IMG/VR virus record: IMGVR_UViG_3300019458_000022
Strand: one strand, 5' to 3'
DNA from: a virus
Length of the DNA: 62,812 nt
Part shown: piece after piece, positions 56,367 through 62,812 of the stretch
Numbering within the stretch: position 1 is the stretch's first letter
Layout: each line of letters opens with the position of its first letter
The notes under the pieces: generated by a model
Seen by the model: the letters and a program-made list of their open reading frames with translations, nothing else
The model's database searches: none
What the model was told of the DNA's origin: nothing
Made by a program: the position numbers and the translations under genes

Positions 56367-57118
56367 CAGCGGGTCCTCCAGGAGATCGGGACCACGTTAC
56401 GCGACCCGCGGCCGTCGATGTACGAGATCCTGCCGTGCTTGAATCCGTAGAAATAGAGGTCGCGTTCCAGTTCCACGTCGTTCCGGCAGTAACCGATGAC
56501 CTGGTGCCGGTTCCTCTTGCCCCATTCTACGGGGGCGAGGATTCCGTTCATAGTCTTCTTCCGGCCAAGCGTGGGCCCGGTGATGAGTTCCAGCTTGACC
56601 CTGAATCCGAGCCATTCGTACACGTCCGCGAGCATGTCCACGGTCTTCCCCGCGAGCGCCTCCTCGACCCATCGGGGGATATCCTGCGGGGAGTCCGCGG
56701 GGTGAAGCGTCCGGGCGACCTTCCGGATGAGCGCGAGATCCCCGTCGATCACCCGGTAATCGAAGGCAAGCGTGTTGAATCCGACGACCCGATCGAACGA
56801 AGCCAAGTAGAGAAGGAGATCCTCGCTCTCCCCCGCGAACCAGTCCTTGAAGCCCTCTTTATCGTCCCAGGTGACGGCGACGGCCATCCCGGTCTGCCAG
56901 CACCGCTCCCATGTGTAGGGCGGCGCGATCTCCGTCCGGATCTCGACATCGAGAAAGGTCGCGCGCGGTCGCTTCTGGGCGGGCTCGACCGGCGCGGACA
57001 CGGGGTCCCCGACGTTCGTATCCGAGAGCGCGCTCGTCGAGGACCCGCCCGAGATTTGGATCGGCGAGGACGTGGCCTCGTGGGGTCGCTCAATGATTTT
57101 CGTCGTCATGTACGTCAC
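56366..57118 (-). CDS. RNase H-like (DEDD/YprB-like) exonuclease
   Basis: FLDVE...VVGFN...FD...YC.NDV. Confidence 0.8.
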   Translation of the reverse strand: MTYMTTKIIERPHEATSSPIQISGGSSTSALSDTNVGDPVSAPVEPAQKRPRATFLDVEIRTEIAPPYTWERCWQTGMAVAVTWDDKEGFKDWFAGESEDLLLYLASFDRVVGFNTLAFDYRVIDGDLALIRKVARTLHPADSPQDIPRWVEEALAGKTVDMLADVYEWLGFRVKLELITGPTLGRKKTMNGILAPVEWGKRNRHQVIGYCRNDVELERDLYFYGFKHGRISYIDGRGSRNVVPISWRTR

Positions 57119-57618
57119 CGGGCTCCTCGGACAACCGGGAGAAGACCTCTAGCTGTTCGGCCGTGAGCTTCGCACGGTTCCTGAGGACGATTTCCAGCGC
57201 CCGGAGGAACTGCGGCTGCGTGCAAAGCTCGTGCTTTTGTAGATAGACGCCGACGTCCTCGACGGCCTTCGCAAGCTCGTAGGAAAGGAGCGCGGCTACG
57301 GAGGGCGACACGAATTGTTCGCTCAGTTCGCGCTCGATCTCCTTTCTATACTTATCGGCGATCTCCCGCGCCTTCACGTTCGCCTCGTCGTAGTTCATGG
57401 AGCCGCCCTTTTTCATCTCAGGACAACGGAGCGGTGCTGCCGGATCTCGACCCGGGCCTTGCGCCACTCCTGGTCCGGTACGTACCAGATCCACCACTTG
57501 AGAGCTTCGCGCTCGCCAAACGCGCCAGCGCAGGTCAAGGTGCAGAAGACATTCCTCCAGATAGCACGGCGACCCTTGCAGTTCAGGCACACGGGGCGCG
57601 TCGTCGTTCGTGCCACGG

Positions 57619-58074
57619 CTAGTCCCCGTAGAGCAGCCGATGGGCGAGTTCCAGGGTCTGGTCGTTCGTGGCCTCGACTTCGATCACGGTTCGTCCGGTG
57701 TCCGTTTCCCGGACCTTGCAGACCCTCGAATCCGTGACCCGCGGATTCTTCCGGAGGCCCTTGACCGAGCATGCCACGATGAGCGACTCCTCTTCCAAGT
57801 GGACCAGGAACCCGCGCTGCGAGAACCGGCCGAGCACGGTCTGGAAGTTGTCCAGAAGCCTCAGGAACCAGCGATCACCCAGGCGCTTCACGAATTTCGT
57901 CCGGTCGAAGACGTAGACCCATCGGCGGTCCTTCGACCGGAACCAGCAGTACCAGGGCGCCTTTCCGCGCTTCAGGAAACGCTGGACGTAACGGTCGAAG
58001 AGCGCCTGGAGGGGCTCCTCCTCCGGATGGATCTGTACCTGGACGAACACGTCCCCAAGGCTGAAATCCTGCAC
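57619..58074 (-). CDS. hypothetical protein
   Basis: 151-aa ORF. Confidence 0.6.
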   Translation of the reverse strand: MQDFSLGDVFVQVQIHPEEEPLQALFDRYVQRFLKRGKAPWYCWFRSKDRRWVYVFDRTKFVKRLGDRWFLRLLDNFQTVLGRFSQRGFLVHLEEESLIVACSVKGLRKNPRVTDSRVCKVRETDTGRTVIEVEATNDQTLELAHRLLYGD

Positions 58075-58095
58075 GTTTCGCCGCTTTTCCTCGCG

Positions 58096-58566
58096 TCACA
58101 CCCTGAGCAAGTCCGAGATCGCGCGCGTGACATGCCGGTCGCGGTCCTCGGAGGCGTACTCGAACGCCTTCAACTGGCTCTTGACGATGATCTGGACGAG
58201 TTCCGACATGTTCATGTCGCAGTAGTCGGCCCCGTTCCGGAGCGCCTTCTTCTCCTTCTCGTGGAAGAAGACGGGGATGCGGTCGCGGTTCTCGTACCGC
58301 TGATTCCGTTCCCATCCCTTTTGTCGGACGCGCTCGGGGCGCGGCAGGAGATCCTTCATGACCCTGGGGACGGTCGTCCCGCGCTCGGCCGCGATCTTGC
58401 GGAAGGTCTCGAAGACGTTCTTGACCATCTCGCGAACGGTCTTGGCGACGCTGTCGTCGTTCCGTTCCGAGATCTTCCGGAGGGCCTCCTTGTCGGTCTC
58501 GTCGAGCGAGAAGATGAACCGGGCGCCTTCCGTCAGGACTCCGCCGTTTTCTTCTTCCTTGACCAT
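58096..58566 (-). CDS. tandem ribbon-helix-helix DNA-binding protein
   Basis: Repeated beta-helix-helix pattern (FSLDE...SVAKTVRE; VFFHE...NMSELV). Confidence 0.55.
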   Translation of the reverse strand: MVKEEENGGVLTEGARFIFSLDETDKEALRKISERNDDSVAKTVREMVKNVFETFRKIAAERGTTVPRVMKDLLPRPERVRQKGWERNQRYENRDRIPVFFHEKEKKALRNGADYCDMNMSELVQIIVKSQLKAFEYASEDRDRHVTRAISDLLRV

Positions 58567-58576
58567 GGCTCGTTTT

Positions 58577-59203
58577 CTAAGAAACCTCCACAGTGGGAAC
58601 GTGGCCGCGAAGACGCGCGTAGGACACGAGGAGCCTGCCGGGTCCTGAGACTTCCGCGTAATACTCCAGCCCGTCGTCCCGGAAATGCCAGCCTTCGAAG
58701 CCCTCCTCGAACCCGCGCGCCAGTTCGGGGAGCCTTCCGTCAAGGTCCGCCAGCACCGCATCGACCACGGCCTCGTCGTACCAGGCCGGAAAATCGACGG
58801 TGATGCCCTCATCCTCCAGGTCGCCCACGCCGGAAACCGTGACCACGAACTCGTCCGGCTGGCGGAGCAGCTTCTGGGCCTTCTTGTTGATGACGGTCTT
58901 GGCGATGAGAGCGAAGTCCGACTCCGGCTCGTTCTTGATCCAGACGGACGGGATCGAGATGTCGAGCGACCGCGACGTCACCGTGGCCTGGAAGGAGGCG
59001 ACGCGCTTCCGCTTCCACCGGCCGTAGAGGACGGGCAGCGCCTCGGTCATCTTCTGGATGACGAGATCCTCGGCGATCCCGCGCTGCTCCGGGAGCGCCC
59101 TCCAGGCCGCCTCCCGGGTGAGGACGAGACGGACCACCTTCCGGTCGGGCATGACCACTTCCGCGATCACGCTCCCGCCGGGTTTGATCGGGACATCCGC
59201 CAT
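58577..59203 (-). CDS. hypothetical protein
   Basis: MADVPIK..., strong GC3 bias. Confidence 0.65.
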   Translation of the reverse strand: MADVPIKPGGSVIAEVVMPDRKVVRLVLTREAAWRALPEQRGIAEDLVIQKMTEALPVLYGRWKRKRVASFQATVTSRSLDISIPSVWIKNEPESDFALIAKTVINKKAQKLLRQPDEFVVTVSGVGDLEDEGITVDFPAWYDEAVVDAVLADLDGRLPELARGFEEGFEGWHFRDDGLEYYAEVSGPGRLLVSYARLRGHVPTVEVS

Positions 59204-59249
59204 CCGTGACTCCTCGCGACTCAAAACGTGTGCCTTGTGAGTCACTGTA

Positions 59250-60173
59250 TCAGGTTTCCTCCGCGGACACAAGCATCGCCTGGACGCATTTGCCTTCCGG
59301 GTGGGGCTGGAACCTGGCGATCCTCTTGCCCTTGAAATCGGAGAATTTGAAGCAGGAGACCATCGGGTACTTCGTCTCAAGCTTCCAAAGGTCGATGAGC
59401 CTGACCTCCTTCCCCTTGGCGGGCAGGTACTTCCAGTTCTGGTAATAGGGCACCGTTTGGAGGTTCAGGCGCTCCCGGAACTCCTTCATCTCTTCCGGGC
59501 TGAAATGAGACTCCCCCATGAGTTCGAGGTAGAACCGGAGATCCCCGAGCACCGTGAGCGACCGGATCTGGCTCGGCATGATCCGGCCGATATGGGCGCA
59601 GCAGCCGTACTCCTCCAGCGCGTCCTGCCAGGTGACCTTGACGCGCTCGCTCAGGCCGGTCGGTCCTCCGGAAACGTCGATCCTGGCGTCCGGATAGCGC
59701 ATGTCCACGCCGATCCGGATCATGCCGTCCGCGGCCACCCGGAGCTTCTTCGTGGCCTCGTGGATGCGCTGGATCACCCGGCGCCCGTTGTGGACGTAGT
59801 CCTCGTCGGGGGCCAGGTTCTCGACCCGGACCTCGACCTCAAGGACGATGGGCGCGACCGACCAGGTCTTGTACCATTCGGGGTCCGCGCCCATGGCCGC
59901 GTTGAACGCGAAGAAGTAGTGCCAGAGGTCGGTGAGATAGACCCGGTCCGGGATCGACTCGATCGGCCGCTGGTATCCGAACTGGGTCGGGATCGTCTCC
60001 GCGTGCTTCCAGTTGGAGTTTTCGGTCGCCTTCCGCGGAAGAATGCCCTTCTCCTGGATCTCGGCCAGGTACTTGGTCGTCGTCCCGTGGAAGAGGAGGA
60101 TCTTCCCGTCCTTTGGAACGCCGATCCCGGTCTCCTTCGAATCGGACGCGAAGCCCGTGCGCCGGAAGTCCAC
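59250..60173 (-). CDS. ADP-ribosyltransferase/KptA-fold protein
   Basis: LFHGT....L..I...GI.PR...VYLT...A...IVLEV...L.PDED. Confidence 0.65.
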   Translation of the reverse strand: MDFRRTGFASDSKETGIGVPKDGKILLFHGTTTKYLAEIQEKGILPRKATENSNWKHAETIPTQFGYQRPIESIPDRVYLTDLWHYFFAFNAAMGADPEWYKTWSVAPIVLEVEVRVENLAPDEDYVHNGRRVIQRIHEATKKLRVAADGMIRIGVDMRYPDARIDVSGGPTGLSERVKVTWQDALEEYGCCAHIGRIMPSQIRSLTVLGDLRFYLELMGESHFSPEEMKEFRERLNLQTVPYYQNWKYLPAKGKEVRLIDLWKLETKYPMVSCFKFSDFKGKRIARFQPHPEGKCVQAMLVSAEET

Positions 60174-60178
60174 GGCGG

Positions 60179-60853
60179 CTACTCCTTCCCCTTGGGCGCC
60201 GGGAGGAGCGCCTGGGCGCCCCTCTGCGCGATCGAGAGGAGCATCTCGTCGAGCTTCCCCTGGTCGAGGAGCGCGTTCACCCGCTCGTTCAGGCTCTTGA
60301 TGAGGAGCGAGATCGTCCGGAGCGCGCTCCATCGTTCCGGCGTGTAGGGGAGTAGCAGGCTGTCCTTGGCCCGGCGAGGCTCGACCGCGGCCACGACCTC
60401 GCTCACGAACCCGAAGGGCTGTCCGCACGGCCGTCCCGGCTGGCCCTTGACCTCATCGCTTTCGGCCGTGTTGAGATGCGTGTCCCCGGCCTTCGCGAAC
60501 TCCTTCCAGAGGTAGGTACCGTCCTTCCTCTTGGCGCGGTAGTAGCGCTTGTAGTTCAGGTTGATCGTCTCCTCGCTCGCGTGCCGGTAGCCCCCGATGG
60601 ACTCGGAGCCCCGGATGATGATGACGGCCTCCCAGTCGAGGACGGCGTTGTCCCGGAGCCAGGCGAGCGTCTCGTCGCGCACCTGCTGGAGGTCGTTCCC
60701 GCGGAAGACCGCAAGCGTCCGGTAATCGCTCTCGTGATCGGGGATCTCCACCCGGAATTCGCCGTTTTCCTTGTTGACGGCGATCGTGTACTTCGTCCCG
60801 TCTTCCCACACGATCTCGTCGATCTTCTTGTAGCCGCGTTCCATGCGCGCCAT
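60179..60853 (-). CDS. hypothetical protein
   Basis: SD GGAGG. Confidence 0.7.
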   Translation of the reverse strand: MARMERGYKKIDEIVWEDGTKYTIAVNKENGEFRVEIPDHESDYRTLAVFRGNDLQQVRDETLAWLRDNAVLDWEAVIIIRGSESIGGYRHASEETINLNYKRYYRAKRKDGTYLWKEFAKAGDTHLNTAESDEVKGQPGRPCGQPFGFVSEVVAAVEPRRAKDSLLLPYTPERWSALRTISLLIKSLNERVNALLDQGKLDEMLLSIAQRGAQALLPAPKGKE

Positions 60854-61806
60854 CGTGCGACCTCCGATTCACTGTGTACAGGTTCCGGCTTCCCCGTGCG
60901 CGAATTCGCTACCGTAGACCCCCTCGCCGGTCGCGCGCAATCTCTCGTTCCTCCTCGCAAAGCGCAAAGGCCATCGCCAGGGACTTGAGGAAGCCGCGCT
61001 CGCTCTCGTCTCCGCGGTCGATCGGGGCGTGCTCCCACCAGTGGAAGCCGTTCAACTCGATGTCCCTGGTTGGAGCGACGTACCGGTCGATCGGCGCGAA
61101 GGGCAGCGCCCTCTCGACGTCCTCGTGGTCGTCGATCGCCTCGGCGAGCTTCCAGATCTCGGACTCCAGCTTCCGAATCTTGAATGCCAGATCCCGGATC
61201 GACCGCACCTTTTTGACGAGATCCGGGTGCTTTCCGAGGAACCGGAGCCACTTCGCCTGCCGAAGCTCCTGGTCGGTCTTCTTCACGGCCTGACGACCTC
61301 CAGCCCGATATCGCGCCAGATGCGCTTGACTTCCTCGTACTTCACGAACTCGCTCTTCTTCCGGATCGCGATCTCGGGTAGGACACTGCCTCCGGGGTCT
61401 CGGCCGATCGAGAAGACGGGCCCGAACTCGCCCATGTCGTCCCTGCGGATGGCCAGCTTCTCCTTGAGCGCGAGGCCCAGGGCGACTCGGGACGTCCCGA
61501 GGTCGATCAAATCGGAGCGTCCGCCGCAGGGACCCGAAAGCCCCACGGTCCCGAGCGGCGTCCAGAGCGCGTAGCACGGGTTCCCGTAGTAGAACTCAAG
61601 GCCGATCCCGCCGTTCGCCTCGATCTGCTCGTGGCACGGATTGGGCCCGCTCAGGACCGGGAGCCCGCGGAGCAGCTTCTCGCGCCGTGGGCCGTCCTCC
61701 TCGACGGCCTGCCACATCGTCTCGGAGATGAAGATCGCGATCGCCCGGCAGCGCTCGAAGTACGCCCGCAGTTCCTCGATCGAGTTCACGGCGATCCTCC
61801 TTGAGA

Positions 61807-62601
61807 TCAGGCTACCTGGACACGTCCGGTGCCGCCGCAGGTCTCGCACATCCGGGGCCTGAAGCAGTGCCAGTTCTCCTTCGTCGTGTTCGGAAGCGAG
61901 AAGTAGATGCTCCGGACCGGCTCCCGAAGATGCTCGACGGGCACGCAGTCGGCGCTGCATGCGATGTTGAAGCCCACCGAATGGCCGCTTCTTGCCTCGA
62001 TCCGGGTGCCGTCGCAGTCCCGGCAGAGCGTCGGATCGTGGACCCACCGGTAGTGCTTGCACAACTTCTCCGGGTTCGTTCGGCAGGGCAGGTACTCGAC
62101 GTCCTCCCAGTCCGGCTCCTGGCCGTCGAGCGCGAGGGTGCCGCAGTCGAACCAGTTGGCCTTCCCGCCGGTCGCGAAGAGGACCGTCATCGTCCGCGCG
62201 GACTCGTCGAGGACGTACCCCCATTCGCGGTCGCTGCACGGCATGCTTTTCGTGATCGTCCAGCCTTCCTCGTTCCGGTCGCCGTGACAGAAGCACTGCG
62301 CGCGCACGATCCGCTCCCGGATGCCGCCCCAGCGCTTGCGTACCATGCCGCCGCGCTTGAGCAGATGACGATCCTCCGTGAAGCCGGGCTGGATCGAGAG
62401 GTCGTGTCCCAGGATGCTGTCCCACCCGGCGGGATGTTCGTCGATCAGGATCTTGAGCATCGCCCGGAGATCGCCCTTGAAGTTCTCCCGGAGTTGGCGC
62501 CAGAGTTCGGCGCCCAGGCCGGTCGGGTACCCGTCGCAGTGGTGGTACCGTCCCGACCATCCGCGGGCGGTCTTCCGGGCGATGACGGCTCTCGTGCTCA
62601 C
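61807..62601 (-). CDS. conserved phage-type protein (YxHxDGYP) with Zn fingers, internal RKRW
   Basis: MSTRAVI...YHHCDGYP.GLG; SD GAGGAGG. Confidence 0.7.
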   Translation of the reverse strand: MSTRAVIARKTARGWSGRYHHCDGYPTGLGAELWRQLRENFKGDLRAMLKILIDEHPAGWDSILGHDLSIQPGFTEDRHLLKRGGMVRKRWGGIRERIVRAQCFCHGDRNEEGWTITKSMPCSDREWGYVLDESARTMTVLFATGGKANWFDCGTLALDGQEPDWEDVEYLPCRTNPEKLCKHYRWVHDPTLCRDCDGTRIEARSGHSVGFNIACSADCVPVEHLREPVRSIYFSLPNTTKENWHCFRPRMCETCGGTGRVQVA

Positions 62602-62812
62602 GCCAACTCCTCCTCGTAGACCCCGAGCGCCGAGAGCACGGTCGCCTTCTGGCCCCGGACGCCGTCCGCGTGCCCGAGGTCGTAGAATTCGAGCGCGGCC
62701 GTGCCGTAGGCGAACCGGAGTACCATCTCGGTCTCGAACGTCATCTTGTGGCCGAGCTTCTCCATCTCGGCCTTCTGTCCGGCGATGAACCGGTCCTCGC
62801 GCTCCCTGAACA

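Noticed and set aside
791-59209. Long opposite-strand ORFs (e.g. 791-2137, 7475-8614, 13776-14900, 23717-25537, 40238-41464, 55068-56450)
   Set aside because: Shadow frames typical of high-GC DNA, antisense to genes with recognisable motifs.

Overview
A GC-rich, gene-dense 63-kb segment of a large bacterial virus or related mobile element. It has no host housekeeping genes, and no capsid or terminase gene is recognisable in this window. It carries about 100 short, mostly minus-strand, often leaderless genes. Recognisable modules: (1) a minimal type V-M locus (Cas12m/C2c4-like effector with an apparently intact RuvC D-E-D triad, leader, and 8 repeats plus 1 divergent repeat; no cas1/cas2 in the window); (2) a tyrosine recombinase with a dif-like site, followed by a repeated divergent-promoter module; (3) a translation module made of an amber-suppressor tRNA(CUA), a Pth2-like peptidyl-tRNA hydrolase gene with an in-frame UAG at codon 5, and two CCA-ended tRNA-like RNAs whose anticodon loops are replaced by tetraloops; (4) a TnpB-only IS200/IS605 element inserted in the suppressor-tRNA promoter; (5) TIR-bounded cargo insertions, one carrying two histone-fold-like genes; (6) many ADP-ribosyltransferase-like and papain-like proteins, plus NUDIX, PolX, SOD, M48 peptidase, HAD phosphatase, glycosyltransferase and PD-(D/E)XK nuclease genes. 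The most striking pattern is the tetrapeptide RKRW, found in 14 unrelated proteins (plus KKRW in a fifteenth) with variable codons, which suggests a protein-level targeting, packaging or processing tag. All family calls come from motifs recognised by eye, not from database searches.
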